A stretch of 64,000 bases of DNA from an uncultured Bacteroidota bacterium (GCA_902520385.1 CABYOB010000003.1:2845-66844); one strand, 5' to 3'; counted from the first letter of the stretch, positions 30,432 through 41,657 are shown. Numbers and translations: made by a program. The notes: generated by a model not told the origin, from the letters alone.

Positions 30432-32654
30432 TTATTTATTTACTATAATAGTTTTTGTACCTATAAAATTACTCGAAAATACTTTAATAATGTATAAACC
30501 TGAATTATTTTGACTAATAAAATTATTTAATGAATATGAGTTATTTCCTTTAAAAAAGAGTTTTTCATCTTCAAGGACTATTTTACCACGCAGGTCAATA
30601 ATAGAAATTTTCATCAAATTATTTTCAGTTAGATTAAATCTTAAAAAACCATTGTTTTTTGAAATAGGATGAGGTAAAACATTAAGATTAATTTTTTCTA
30701 AACTATTGTTTATATTCTCCCAATTACCATTTCCGATACGTAAATTATCAATATATAACCAATTACCCCCAATATTATCTGTAATAATTGTACCATTATC
30801 TACATTAAAAGCCTCTTCTTCTTGTAGAAGACCTTTGCCGGTAAATTCAAATTTAATAATTACGCTTGGCTCTCCTGCTGCAGTTTGAATATTTACGGAT
30901 CTTTCTTCCCAATCTGAAGATAATGGAACATATGGATTAAATGTAATATTATTACCTGTAGTATTTAGTTCATTTGTATTCCATTCTGCTCTTTTTATCC
31001 AAGTCTCCCCACAATTTTTAGACACATATATACTTAATGCGTCATTAATAATACTAACTCCATCATCTATAGTGTATGGAAGTCTTTTTGTATATGCTAA
31101 ATCAAAATATAGTGAAAGTGGCTCATCTGTTGAAGTTGTTTGACTTGAAAAATCAAGTTCTGGGCTAATTAATTCGTGTATTACATCATTTGCGGTTAGG
31201 TATTGACTGCCAATTCTTACAGATCCAACTCCATCGGAAGAGGCGTAGCCAGTTCTTTTCCATGAGGGCTCAGTTCCCGTTGGTTTAATATACCAATTTG
31301 ATGAGTTTATATTATTTGGAAAATTAGCATCTTCAAATTGTTCTAAAAATGGCGCTTCATCATTATCCAATATGGTAATATAATTCTCTTTGATTAACTC
31401 AGAAGAACCGGACTCATTGGTTACTACTAATTTAACATCATACGAGCCAGGAATATTGTATGTAACGATTGGGTTAACATCGAAGGATTGAGAAGGATTA
31501 GCGCCATTTCCAAATTCCCAATAAAAAGAATCAATATTATCAGTATTGTAGCACATTTCTTCAAATAATATAGTGACATTACTACAGGCAGACCGTGTAT
31601 TAGAGTTAAAGTCAGGGGTAGGAATACATGGGCTAGCATTGTATTCATTGTGCACCCCCGTGTTCCATAAATTATCTTCTTGCCAAAGTAAATTTCTTCC
31701 ACCGGCATTAGAGTTCAATGCTGCGTGTGCTCTGTCTTTTTGACCATTAGTAAACATTAATGCACAGTTTGAATAGTCCATAATATTTTGAACATTATCT
31801 AAAGTGTCATTGCAAGAACTTTGTGTAAGAGGGCAATTAGAATTTTCAACGCCAAATGTTAGAGGGGTGTCTTCAACGCCATCATCAATTAAACAATTAT
31901 CAGGTGTTCCATCTTCATCTTCGTCAGCGTCTCCGGGACTATTAGAACTTCCCCATGGATGTGCTAAATTGAGAAAATGACCTACTTCGTGGGGCATTGT
32001 ATGCCTTGACCAATTACTATTACTTGCGGTTCCAATTGTTCCAAAATAATCATCATCACAAATAATACCTTCGTGATTATCTGGCGCTGAACCAGGGTAA
32101 TATGCATATGCAGCAGTGCCTTCACTTGCTAAATCTGCTACCACCCAAATATTCATATACATATCATTATTCCAATATGTCTCATCTTTGACATTTTCCC
32201 CTCCCTCATAAGTTAAAATAGATTGATGATATGTTATTCCATCAGTACAGTTTCCTTCTGGGTCTAGTTTAGCTAAACGAAATTCTATTCCCATATCAGA
32301 AATAATATCACTAAAATCATCAATTACACCAACTATATCGTTATTTAAAGCACTGAAGTCATCATTCATACTTTGCACACAAGACATAACTTGGTTTTTG
32401 GAAATACGCTCGGGGCCATAATTATGAATAATGTGAACTACGGTGGGAATAATATATGTAGTATCACTTTGTCTACATAACTTTTTTTGCTCTATAAACT
32501 CTTTAGTGAATGCATTAAGATTTTCTAGAACTTGTTTTTTTTCCGGAAAGTTTTCTAGAGATTTATTTATAGCTTCAGTTGATCCACAAATTTTTTCTTG
32601 AGAAAAAGATAATCCTAGCCCTAATAAAACTAGGAAAATATATCTTGAGAACAT
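30432..32654 (-). CDS. secreted M43 zinc metalloprotease with PKD domain and canonical T9SS type A CTD
   Basis: HEVGHFLNLAHPWG and NVQNIMDYS. The CTD is VLPHPISKNNGF...IIDLRGKIV...GLYIIKV. Confidence 0.8.
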   Translation of the reverse strand: MFSRYIFLVLLGLGLSFSQEKICGSTEAINKSLENFPEKKQVLENLNAFTKEFIEQKKLCRQSDTTYIIPTVVHIIHNYGPERISKNQVMSCVQSMNDDFSALNNDIVGVIDDFSDIISDMGIEFRLAKLDPEGNCTDGITYHQSILTYEGGENVKDETYWNNDMYMNIWVVADLASEGTAAYAYYPGSAPDNHEGIICDDDYFGTIGTASNSNWSRHTMPHEVGHFLNLAHPWGSSNSPGDADEDEDGTPDNCLIDDGVEDTPLTFGVENSNCPLTQSSCNDTLDNVQNIMDYSNCALMFTNGQKDRAHAALNSNAGGRNLLWQEDNLWNTGVHNEYNASPCIPTPDFNSNTRSACSNVTILFEEMCYNTDNIDSFYWEFGNGANPSQSFDVNPIVTYNIPGSYDVKLVVTNESGSSELIKENYITILDNDEAPFLEQFEDANFPNNINSSNWYIKPTGTEPSWKRTGYASSDGVGSVRIGSQYLTANDVIHELISPELDFSSQTTSTDEPLSLYFDLAYTKRLPYTIDDGVSIINDALSIYVSKNCGETWIKRAEWNTNELNTTGNNITFNPYVPLSSDWEERSVNIQTAAGEPSVIIKFEFTGKGLLQEEEAFNVDNGTIITDNIGGNWLYIDNLRIGNGNWENINNSLEKINLNVLPHPISKNNGFLRFNLTENNLMKISIIDLRGKIVLEDEKLFFKGNNSYSLNNFISQNNSGLYIIKVFSSNFIGTKTIIVNK

Positions 32655-32659
32655 CTCTA

Positions 32660-34870
32660 TTATTTTGTTATAATTATACTATTAGATAACTTTTCTTTAT
32701 TAGTTATAACATTGATTAAATAATTTCCGTTCGGAATATTAGTGTGAATTTCTTCTAATTTAATGATACTTAACCCTTTTTGTAAATTAAATTCTTTTAC
32801 CGCAATAACTTTTCCTAGAACATTATATAATTCGATAAATATTTTCTCGGCAGAATTTAAACCAATTTCAATATTTGCAGAACCATTAGAAGGATTTGGA
32901 AAAATATTAAAACCAAAACTTCTTTCCTCATTTAAGTTCACAAAATTTTCTCCTACTCTTAGATTGTCAATATATAACCAATTTCCTCCAACGTTTATCC
33001 CGTCTTCTGTTATACCGATTCCAGTAAATTCAAATTTAATAATTACGCCCTCATCACCGGCAACATTATTTAGGCTAAATGATTTTTGTGACCAATCACC
33101 AGGATTTGTTTGATTACCACTAGGGACAAAATCATTAAATATAGTTTGTGGGTTTCCAAACTCATCAAAAACGGTTATTAAATCGTCGGTATTATAAGTT
33201 TTTCTAGCCATCCAAGTTTCTCCGCAGTTGTCAGAAGTATATATAATTAATTGGTCTTGAATATATAAGTTTCCTTCAAAATCAGTTTGAGTACTTTTTA
33301 AAGCATATGCTAAATTGAAATAAATTTGAGCAGAGTTTAAATTACTTAAGTCTAATTCTGGTGTTGTAAAAGTATGGCTTTTTAATTCGTAGCCAAAGTA
33401 TCTACTTCTAATACGAATAGACGTGTCATCATTCCATGAAGCAGAAGATGTTGTTTCCCAAGTTTGCTCATCATTTTGAGGAACAATATACCATCCGTCA
33501 TTTTCAGGAAAAGAGCCATTTTCAGATGGCGCAAAGTCTTGTTTTATTCCTTCATCAGAAACAGTAATGTCATCTAATATGTAGATATAGTTTTCTCTAG
33601 TTATTTCGTTACAGTATGAACTTTCATCATTTAGAGGTCCATTACAAACCCTAAGAATTACATCATGAGAACCCTTTTCAATATATTGAACTACCGGATT
33701 AACATCATATGAATATTGAGGGCTTGCCCCAGGCCCAAAGTCCCACGAATAATAAATTACATCACTGTTATATGTATGAGACATAAACTCAATAGCTGTT
33801 CCTTGGCACCCTGTATTTGTTGTTGTATTAAAATCAGGAATAGGAGCGCAATTCACATATGTTTCAGAGGAGTTGTAATGTTCATCGTCAACTCCTGTTA
33901 ATATTAAGTTTTCAGGCTGCCATAAACTTTCTCTATTTCCGGCCATTGAATTTAATGCTGCATGCACTCTTTGTTTTTGACCTTCAGTAAACATATGAGC
34001 GCAATTAGCATAATCCATAATATTCTGAACATTATCTAAACTTCCACAAGTTTCTTGATCGACATTACATGTTTGATTGGTCCCTATTGTATTAGGAGTG
34101 TCTTCTACACCATCATCTGTTCCACAATTTTCTTGAACACCAGGTTCGTTTGTACTTCCCCATGGGTGTGCTAAATTCATAAAGTGACCAAATTCATGAG
34201 ACAAAGTGTGCCTTACATAATTACTCCCCCCCGCAGTACCAACTCCATGGCCAAAATATGTATGTAGGGAAACAATTAAATCATATGGATCGCCAGCGCC
34301 AGGATAATTAGCGTATGCAGCAGCACTGGATCCAGGGGACATACTTTTAATAACATAAACATTGACATACTGATCATCTGGCCATGAAATAAGGCTTCTA
34401 GCAGCCTCGTCATTCCCCTCAGTTAAGGGTGAAGCTGTTCTTGTTATTCCATGTGTGCAATTCCCGTCAGGATCTTTAGTGGCCAACCTGAACTCAACTC
34501 CAAAATCGGCTACTAAATTTGAAAAATCATCAATTACTTCAGCAATATCATTATTTTCACCATTCCAATCTTCATTAACGGTTTCCATTGCCCTAGCAAT
34601 TTGTTCTTCACTAATATTTTCTATTCCATAATCATGAATTACATGTACCACTACAGGAATAATGTATTGTTGCCCCATTTTGGCTGAGTTTTTATAGTTT
34701 TTTATAAATTCTTTAGTGTGGAGCTCTAATTGATTTCTAACAATAATTTTTTCCGGATTTTCAGTTAAATTCTTATTAAGAATTATATCTGCTCCACATG
34801 TCTTATTTTGTGAAAAAGTAACTGTAGATAATAAAAATAAAAAAATAATTAGTGATATATAATTTTTCAT
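32660..34870 (-). CDS. secreted M43 zinc metalloprotease with PKD domain and canonical T9SS type A CTD
   Basis: HEFGHFMNLAHPWG and NVQNIMDYA. The CTD is IFPNPSNGSANIEI...LYNVLGKVI...GNYLINV. Confidence 0.8.
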   Translation of the reverse strand: MKNYISLIIFLFLLSTVTFSQNKTCGADIILNKNLTENPEKIIVRNQLELHTKEFIKNYKNSAKMGQQYIIPVVVHVIHDYGIENISEEQIARAMETVNEDWNGENNDIAEVIDDFSNLVADFGVEFRLATKDPDGNCTHGITRTASPLTEGNDEAARSLISWPDDQYVNVYVIKSMSPGSSAAAYANYPGAGDPYDLIVSLHTYFGHGVGTAGGSNYVRHTLSHEFGHFMNLAHPWGSTNEPGVQENCGTDDGVEDTPNTIGTNQTCNVDQETCGSLDNVQNIMDYANCAHMFTEGQKQRVHAALNSMAGNRESLWQPENLILTGVDDEHYNSSETYVNCAPIPDFNTTTNTGCQGTAIEFMSHTYNSDVIYYSWDFGPGASPQYSYDVNPVVQYIEKGSHDVILRVCNGPLNDESSYCNEITRENYIYILDDITVSDEGIKQDFAPSENGSFPENDGWYIVPQNDEQTWETTSSASWNDDTSIRIRSRYFGYELKSHTFTTPELDLSNLNSAQIYFNLAYALKSTQTDFEGNLYIQDQLIIYTSDNCGETWMARKTYNTDDLITVFDEFGNPQTIFNDFVPSGNQTNPGDWSQKSFSLNNVAGDEGVIIKFEFTGIGITEDGINVGGNWLYIDNLRVGENFVNLNEERSFGFNIFPNPSNGSANIEIGLNSAEKIFIELYNVLGKVIAVKEFNLQKGLSIIKLEEIHTNIPNGNYLINVITNKEKLSNSIIITK

Positions 34871-34946
34871 GCTTAATTGTTATATGTAAAAACGTTGATA
34901 AATATACGAAAAAATAAGAAATTATTAGATTAGGCTTTTTTAAAAA

Positions 34947-35429
34947 TCACAATTTATATTTTTTGATTAAATCTGAGGTAGATAAATTAGGAATTAAAGG
35001 AATTATTTTGACATCACCACCAGAACTTAAGACCTTCTTGGCGCCCACTATACTATTTATATTATAATCTCCGCCTTTAGTTAATACATTGGGGGATATT
35101 TTTTTAATTAATTTTAGAGGGGTTTTTTCAGAGAAAAAAACAATTAAGTCAACAAAGGAAAGCGTAGCTAACATAATTGATCGGTTATAACTATTATTTA
35201 TAGGCCTCCCTTTTCCCTTTAAATTTTTAACAGATTCATCACTATTTAAACCAATAATTAATTTATCACCTAACTTTTTGGATTCTTTCAATAGCTTTAA
35301 GTGTCCTAAATGTATAATATCAAAACAACCATTGGTAAAAACAATAATTTGTTTTTCTTTTCTCCATTTTTTGAGAATAGTTTGTAAGTCAGAAGGATTC
35401 TGTATAATTTTTTTTTCAAATTCATTCAT
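34947..35429 (-). CDS. cytidylyltransferase-fold protein, RfaE domain II-like (D-beta-D-heptose 1-phosphate adenylyltransferase)
   Basis: FTNGCFDIIHLGHLKLL nucleotidyltransferase motif. 160 aa. Confidence 0.7.
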   Translation of the reverse strand: MNEFEKKIIQNPSDLQTILKKWRKEKQIIVFTNGCFDIIHLGHLKLLKESKKLGDKLIIGLNSDESVKNLKGKGRPINNSYNRSIMLATLSFVDLIVFFSEKTPLKLIKKISPNVLTKGGDYNINSIVGAKKVLSSGGDVKIIPLIPNLSTSDLIKKYKL

Positions 35430-36427
35430 TTTGTTTTAGAATAATAAGGAGTTTTTAAATTCAAAAAAATTAATCCAACAAAACCCATTACTATAATCAT
35501 AATGGTTTGCGCAGTATGTACTAGAAAACCAAACGTGGTTGCGGTACCCCCATCTTGGCCTAAAAATATGCACAAACCAATGAAGACCGCGCCATGGTAA
35601 GAGCCCATTCCTCCAGGGGTAGGAATAACCATTCCAATACCACCGATTGTCATGATAATTAATCCGTCTAATAAATTAAAATCATGCATACTTTCAAAGC
35701 ACCAGAAACAAACAAAAGTCATTAACAAATAACACAACCAAATAAGTAAAGTATATATAATAAATAATTTTTTTTGTTTTACAGAAAAAATAGAGTAGAT
35801 CCCAGTTTTAATTTTTAACAAGTGTTTTTTAAGCCATTTAGTAGCACTAATAGGTATCAATTTTTTTTGCAAATTATAAGAGAAAAAAAACAGAAAGAAT
35901 ACAACTACTAAAATTAATAATGTATTGTTGGATAGTATCCACGAAAAGTGGTCATTGTTTGTAAACAATGTATTAATCTCACTCCATTTATATACCAAAC
36001 AAGTTATAATACAAATAATGAGCACTAAAACATCAATAGCTCGCTCAATTAAAACATGACCAAATAAATATGAAATAGGTGTATTAGCAACGTTACTTAG
36101 CAAGGTGCATCTAGCAATTTCTCCAGACCTTGGGACGCCAGCATTAAACATGTAGCCTGCAGCACAAGCATTAATCAAATCAATTGTTTTCACATTATAT
36201 CCCAGTGGACTAATTAGCAATTTCCAACGAATTCCTCTTAGAGCCTCGCCCATATACCCAATTGTCATGGATAAAAAAATAAAAAACCAATTTATTGGAT
36301 TTGATAAAATTTGTTTTAGATCTAAAAAGACAACATTAATAGATTGATTCCCAAGAACTAAAATAATAAGTTCAATACCAATAATGGCAGGCAGTAAAAC
36401 ATCAAGTATTTTATTATAATTTTTCAA
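35426..36427 (-). CDS. UPF0104 / lysylphosphatidylglycerol-synthase-TM-region-like membrane protein
   Basis: 333-aa polytopic membrane protein with GIRWKLL and GGMGSYHG-type blocks. Confidence 0.6.
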   Translation of the reverse strand: MKNYNKILDVLLPAIIGIELIILVLGNQSINVVFLDLKQILSNPINWFFIFLSMTIGYMGEALRGIRWKLLISPLGYNVKTIDLINACAAGYMFNAGVPRSGEIARCTLLSNVANTPISYLFGHVLIERAIDVLVLIICIITCLVYKWSEINTLFTNNDHFSWILSNNTLLILVVVFFLFFFSYNLQKKLIPISATKWLKKHLLKIKTGIYSIFSVKQKKLFIIYTLLIWLCYLLMTFVCFWCFESMHDFNLLDGLIIMTIGGIGMVIPTPGGMGSYHGAVFIGLCIFLGQDGGTATTFGFLVHTAQTIMIIVMGFVGLIFLNLKTPYYSKTK

Positions 36428-36777
36428 AATTCTAATTTATTTGTAAGCTCATTTGGAAAAATAATTTTAGGTTGATAATCTTTAGCTTTATTTACATCTA
36501 TTAGAATGTAGCCTATAATAATAACAATCGCACCTGTTTTTATTTTTAGAGCGGCAGGTCCATTAATTATAACCTCACCACTTCCTTTCGCCCCTTCAAT
36601 TATATACGTTTCTATCCTTTCTCCATTTAGCGTGCTTAAAACTTGTACTTTTTCACCAGGAATTAAATTAGCCGCTTCAAGAAGAATAGGGTCAATGGAA
36701 ACACTGCCCATATAATCTAAATTAGCACTAGTGACAGTCACACGATGTATTTTAGACTTTACTAATTCTATCATCAT
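36424..36777 (-). CDS. panD: aspartate 1-decarboxylase
   Basis: SKIHRVTVTSANLDYMGSVSID includes the Gly-Ser self-processing site. Confidence 0.9.
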   Translation of the reverse strand: MMIELVKSKIHRVTVTSANLDYMGSVSIDPILLEAANLIPGEKVQVLSTLNGERIETYIIEGAKGSGEVIINGPAALKIKTGAIVIIIGYILIDVNKAKDYQPKIIFPNELTNKLEF

Positions 36778-36781
36778 AACA

Positions 36782-37621
36782 TTATAGTTTTAAATTGTCA
36801 ATTAATCTTGTTTCTCTAATTGTTACTGCAATCATCGCATAATAATTACAATTAGTATTTATTTCTTGTGTAAAACTAAATTTTTCTATTTCAATTATTT
36901 CAAAATAATCCAAATTTATAGATAAATTATTTAAATATTTTCTCACATAATCTTTAGCTTTTTTAACACTCCAGTCTAATTTATTTTTTTTTACTTCATT
37001 GAGAACCTTATAAATAGACCTAGCAATAATTAATTCCTTTTCAGTTAAATGTTTATTTCGTGAACTTTTTGCTAAACCACCAGCATTTCTTACAGTAGCG
37101 CAACTAATGACTTGAATATTCTTAAATTTTTGAAGACATAGTTGTTTAATAATTAATAGTTGTTGTAAATCTTTTTCTCCGAAATATGCTTTATTAGGTG
37201 AGGTTATTTCAAATAGTTTTGCTACAATATTTATTACTCCCTCAAAATGACCCGGTCTGTTGTCAGCTTCCAAATATTTATTAAGGTTACCTAATTTTAA
37301 TTTAAAGTTTGGATTTAATATTTTTGAGATTTCTTTATCGGAAGGGGAAAATAAAATATCGCAATTCAACGTTTTAAGTCTATTAATATCCGCATCTAAA
37401 GTCCTAGGATAGTTTAAAAAATCATTTTTATTATTGAATTGATTTGGGTTTACATAAACACTAACAATAGTAATATTATTTTCTTTTTTACATCTTTTTA
37501 TTAATGAATCATGACCAGAATGTAAAGAGCCCATGGTTGGCACTATTCCAATAGTTTTATTTTGCTGTTTAATTAGTTGAATAAAACTTAGCAGATCATT
37601 TACGGCATTAATTTGTTTCAT
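36782..37621 (-). CDS. panC: pantoate--beta-alanine ligase
   Basis: VPTMGSLHSGHDSLI, FVNPNQF and FGEKDLQQ blocks are present. Confidence 0.9.
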   Translation of the reverse strand: MKQINAVNDLLSFIQLIKQQNKTIGIVPTMGSLHSGHDSLIKRCKKENNITIVSVYVNPNQFNNKNDFLNYPRTLDADINRLKTLNCDILFSPSDKEISKILNPNFKLKLGNLNKYLEADNRPGHFEGVINIVAKLFEITSPNKAYFGEKDLQQLLIIKQLCLQKFKNIQVISCATVRNAGGLAKSSRNKHLTEKELIIARSIYKVLNEVKKNKLDWSVKKAKDYVRKYLNNLSINLDYFEIIEIEKFSFTQEINTNCNYYAMIAVTIRETRLIDNLKL

Positions 37622-37745
37622 GAAATAAAAATCAAATAATATGGTTTTTACTTAAAAAAAAAGACATGACATAAAGCTACTCATAAATCTTGAAAAAATG
37701 AGTAAAAAAACTTAACTTTGCAGTTACAATAATTGCTGTAAGACA

Positions 37746-38552
37746 ATGAAAAAGAGAATTTTATATATAGCCCAAGAACTTTCACCTTTTTTAAATGGAA
37801 CAGAAATTGCTGAAAAAGTATTAGAATTAGCAACGTTTGTGCAAAATCATAAAGATTATGAAGTTAGGGTTTTTATTCCAAGGTATGGATGTATTAATCA
37901 GAGAAGACACCAGCTTCATGAAGTTATAAGACTTTCGGGTATCAATCTGGTTATTAATGATATTGATCAACCCTTGATTATAAAGGTGGGGTCTGTTCAA
38001 AAAGCAAAATTACAAGTCTATTTTATAGACAATGATGAATACTTTAAGAGAAAAGAAACTTTAAAAGATTCAAAAAATAATATTTTTGAAGATAATGATG
38101 AAAGAATGATGTTTTTTTGCCAAGGGGTTTTAGAAACTTTAATTATGCTTAGGTGGGCTCCGGACATTATTCACTGCAATGGCTGGATGACCTCTTTAGT
38201 TCCTATGTATTTAAAAGAAAAGTACAAGGATGCTAACGTTTTTGAACAAACAAAAGTGGTTTATTCGTTGTATAAAGATTCATTTGTTGGGTCACTAAAC
38301 AAAAAATTAAAAAATAAGATACTGTTTGATGAAATAAACAAGACCTATTTATCATTAATTAGCACGCCTAATGCTAAGAGTTTACATAAAATAGCAATTC
38401 AATATTCGGATTTTGTTCATAGAACAAAATTATTTAATAATAAGGATGTTTTTAATTTTATTAAAAAAACAGGAATAGAGTCTATAGAAGAGCAATCTTT
38501 TGAAAAAATTTTGGAAGTATATAATAATTTATGCGCAACAGAAGTTGTATAA
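37746..38552 (+). CDS. short glycogen/starch synthase-like protein (N-terminal domain only, flavobacterial type)
   Basis: ILYIAQELSPF..., PRYG... and IIHCNGWMTSLVP resemble the GlgA N-domain. It lies in the usual panC / glgA-like / DUF4270 / glmS neighbourhood. Confidence 0.65.
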   Translation: MKKRILYIAQELSPFLNGTEIAEKVLELATFVQNHKDYEVRVFIPRYGCINQRRHQLHEVIRLSGINLVINDIDQPLIIKVGSVQKAKLQVYFIDNDEYFKRKETLKDSKNNIFEDNDERMMFFCQGVLETLIMLRWAPDIIHCNGWMTSLVPMYLKEKYKDANVFEQTKVVYSLYKDSFVGSLNKKLKNKILFDEINKTYLSLISTPNAKSLHKIAIQYSDFVHRTKLFNNKDVFNFIKKTGIESIEEQSFEKILEVYNNLCATEVV

Positions 38553-38554
38553 TT

Positions 38555-39808
38555 ATGTTTAGACTAACTGCCGTACTTATATTTACTTTTTTTTTATTTT
38601 CTTGTAATCCAGATGAAGATGATATTTTAGGTTTAGATTTGATAGAGGATGATGAATTTATAGTTGAGGTGTATCAATTTGACACACTTTTTAATGTTCA
38701 AAATTTCCAAGAATCAAATATTAGTGGCTCAGGTTCTTATAATTTATTAGGATCTTTTAATGATTTATATTTTGGACAAAGTGATGCGTCTTTTTTTATT
38801 CAATTGCTTCTTCCCAGTAACAATATAGATTTTGAAGCCTCAGAAACAAATCCTAATATAAAATTGGAATTAAGTTTACCTTATTATGGTGCTTACGGAG
38901 ATACAGCACAAAATCAAAGTGTTTCTGTTTATGAATTAACACAAAATATTTCCGTCATTGACACGTTACAAACAGATGTAACAGAATCTTTTCAATACGA
39001 CCAAAACCCTTTATTTCAAAGTGAGATTATAGTTGGAGAGTTAAACGACTCAGTGCAGTGGAATGGAGTAACTGTATCACCTAGATTAATTCTTGATTTG
39101 ACAGCAAGTAATTTAGGGTTAAAAATACTTGAAGCTAATTCAGTAGACTTGGAAAATAATGATAATTTCACGGAATTTTTTAAAGGTCTTTTTTTACAAG
39201 TTGACCAACAAACAAATGGATCTATAATTTATTTTGACACAAATAGTCCGGAGTGTTTTTTAAGAATGACATATAATAAAAATGATGACACTCAAGCTGT
39301 TATTGAGTTTCCTGTTGGTGGTGAGGCAAATACTCATAATTATTTTTTACATGAATATGCAAACTCAGAAGTAATAAATTATTTAGAAAATAACACATTA
39401 GATTCGCTGGTTTTTTTACAATCCATGGGGGGTGTCGCTATGGAGCTAGATCTTAGTTTTCTATCTAATCAATTATATTCTGATTGGGTAATAAGCAAAG
39501 CCACATTAAATCTTCCGATATACAAAGATGATCAATATGATATATTTCCCGCACCTTCTTATTTAGTATTAACTGAGTATAAGGACAGCTCGGATGTTGC
39601 AATTCAAGCCATTACAGGGGGGGCGTTTAACTCAGTGACCGAAGAATATAATTTTACTATCACGTCTCATGTTCAGAAAATAATTTCAAATAATCATAAT
39701 AGCGCTTTAAGACTTTACATAGGTGGAAAAAACTCAAATGCAGAGCGCTTAATAATAGATAATGGTCCTGATAATGGTATGAATTTAGAACTTCATATCA
39801 TTAAATAA
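38555..39808 (+). CDS. DUF4270-like lipoprotein
   Basis: Probable start MFRLTAVLIFTFFLFSC with a lipobox. It occupies the conserved position between the glgA-like gene and glmS. The track ORF starts at 38531. Confidence 0.5.
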   Translation: MFRLTAVLIFTFFLFSCNPDEDDILGLDLIEDDEFIVEVYQFDTLFNVQNFQESNISGSGSYNLLGSFNDLYFGQSDASFFIQLLLPSNNIDFEASETNPNIKLELSLPYYGAYGDTAQNQSVSVYELTQNISVIDTLQTDVTESFQYDQNPLFQSEIIVGELNDSVQWNGVTVSPRLILDLTASNLGLKILEANSVDLENNDNFTEFFKGLFLQVDQQTNGSIIYFDTNSPECFLRMTYNKNDDTQAVIEFPVGGEANTHNYFLHEYANSEVINYLENNTLDSLVFLQSMGGVAMELDLSFLSNQLYSDWVISKATLNLPIYKDDQYDIFPAPSYLVLTEYKDSSDVAIQAITGGAFNSVTEEYNFTITSHVQKIISNNHNSALRLYIGGKNSNAERLIIDNGPDNGMNLELHIIK

Positions 39809-39818
39809 TTTAAAATAA

Positions 39819-41657
39819 ATGTGTGGTATAGTTGGTTACATCGGGGAAAAAAATGGAATTCCAATAGTTATAGAAGGATTAAAGAGATTAGAATATAGAG
39901 GATATGATTCTTCCGGAATCTGTTATCATAAATCAGGAACACTTCGCATAAAAAAAAAGAAAGGTAAGGTCAGTGATTTGGAAGCATTAATTTCAAAGAA
40001 TTCGTTTGGGAATATTGTAATGGGGCACACTAGGTGGGCTACTCATGGAAAACCGAGTGATAAAAATGCACATCCTCATATTTCCATGAATAAAAAAATT
40101 TCAATTGTACATAATGGGATTATAGAAAATTATGATTCAATTAAAGAAGGTTTAATCCAAAGAGGGTATAAATTTAAATCAGAAACAGACACAGAGGTTT
40201 TGGTTAATTTAATAGAATATGTGCAAATTGATCTTAAGGTATCTTTAATTGAGGCTGTGCAACAAGCTTTAACTCAGGTGATTGGTGCCTACTCAATTGC
40301 AGTAATGAGTTCAAACGACTCTAGTAATTTGGTTTTAGCAAAAAAAGGTAGCCCTTTAGTTATAGGAGTGGGTCAGGAAGAACATTACATCGCATCTGAT
40401 CCTTCCCCTTTTTTAAAATATACAAAAAAAGCTATTTATCTAGACGATGATGAAGTTGCAGAGATATCAAAAAACAAGTTATCTATTTTAACATTTGATA
40501 AAAAAATTAAATCACCAACCATCAATAAGTTAACAATGGAGTTGGAGGAAATAGAAAAAGGTGGTTTTGAAACATTTATGTTAAAAGAAATTTATGAGCA
40601 ACCGAAATCCATTGTAGACACTTTAAGGGGAAGGATTATTAAAAAAAGTCAAATCATAAAGTTGAGAGGATTTAATGAAAGTGTTGACACGTTTAAGAGA
40701 GCTAAACGAATTGTTATTGTTGCGTGTGGGACTTCTTGGATTGCCGGATTAGTTGCAGAATATATAATTGAGGGTTTAGCTAAATTACCAGTGGAAGTAG
40801 AGTATGCTTCAGAATTCCGTTATAGAAATCCAATTATTTATAAAAACGATATCGTAATCGCTTTTTCACAATCAGGTGAAACGGCGGATACAATTTCAGC
40901 ATTGAAATTAGCAAAAGAAAATGGAGCTTTATTATATGGGATTTGTAATGTAGTTGGATCATCAATTTCAAGGTTGGTTAATGTGGGCACATTTACTCAT
41001 GCGGGACCAGAAATAGGAGTTGCGTCAACAAAAGCATTTACAGCGCAAGTTTCAGTGTCAATTTTAATAGCATTAGCTATAGCTAAATTAAGAAAACAGA
41101 TTTCAAAAAATGACTTTAAAGAAATTACGGATGCATTATTGTCAATCCATGAAAAAATGCAATATACTCTATCTAATTGCAATAATAAGATAAAGCAAAT
41201 AGCCAGAAAATATAAAAATTCTAGAAACGCACTTTATTTGGGGCGTGGATTAAGTTTCCCTGTAGCATTAGAAGGGGCTTTAAAATTAAAAGAAATTTCT
41301 TATATCCATGCGGAGGGCTATCCTGCCGCAGAAATGAAACATGGACCAATAGCATTAATAGATGAAAATATGCCTACAATTATTATAGCTACAAATAAAA
41401 GAAATTATGAAAAAATTTTCTCAAATGCTCAAGAAATAAAAGCAAGAAATGGAAAGTTAATTGCAATTGTTTCTCAAGGAGATAATCAAATTAGTAAAAT
41501 AGCTGACCACGTTATTGAGGTTCCAAAAACTAATTATTATTTAAGTCCATTAATTAATACTATACCTTTACAGCTTTTTTCATATTATATAGCATCCTTT
41601 AGAGGATGTAATGTAGATCAACCAAGAAATTTAGCCAAATCTGTTACGGTTGAGTAG
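39819..41657 (+). CDS. glmS: glutamine--fructose-6-phosphate aminotransferase
   Basis: N-terminal MCGIVGY, two SIS domains, and C-terminal DQPRNLAKSVTVE. Confidence 0.95.
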   Translation: MCGIVGYIGEKNGIPIVIEGLKRLEYRGYDSSGICYHKSGTLRIKKKKGKVSDLEALISKNSFGNIVMGHTRWATHGKPSDKNAHPHISMNKKISIVHNGIIENYDSIKEGLIQRGYKFKSETDTEVLVNLIEYVQIDLKVSLIEAVQQALTQVIGAYSIAVMSSNDSSNLVLAKKGSPLVIGVGQEEHYIASDPSPFLKYTKKAIYLDDDEVAEISKNKLSILTFDKKIKSPTINKLTMELEEIEKGGFETFMLKEIYEQPKSIVDTLRGRIIKKSQIIKLRGFNESVDTFKRAKRIVIVACGTSWIAGLVAEYIIEGLAKLPVEVEYASEFRYRNPIIYKNDIVIAFSQSGETADTISALKLAKENGALLYGICNVVGSSISRLVNVGTFTHAGPEIGVASTKAFTAQVSVSILIALAIAKLRKQISKNDFKEITDALLSIHEKMQYTLSNCNNKIKQIARKYKNSRNALYLGRGLSFPVALEGALKLKEISYIHAEGYPAAEMKHGPIALIDENMPTIIIATNKRNYEKIFSNAQEIKARNGKLIAIVSQGDNQISKIADHVIEVPKTNYYLSPLINTIPLQLFSYYIASFRGCNVDQPRNLAKSVTVE

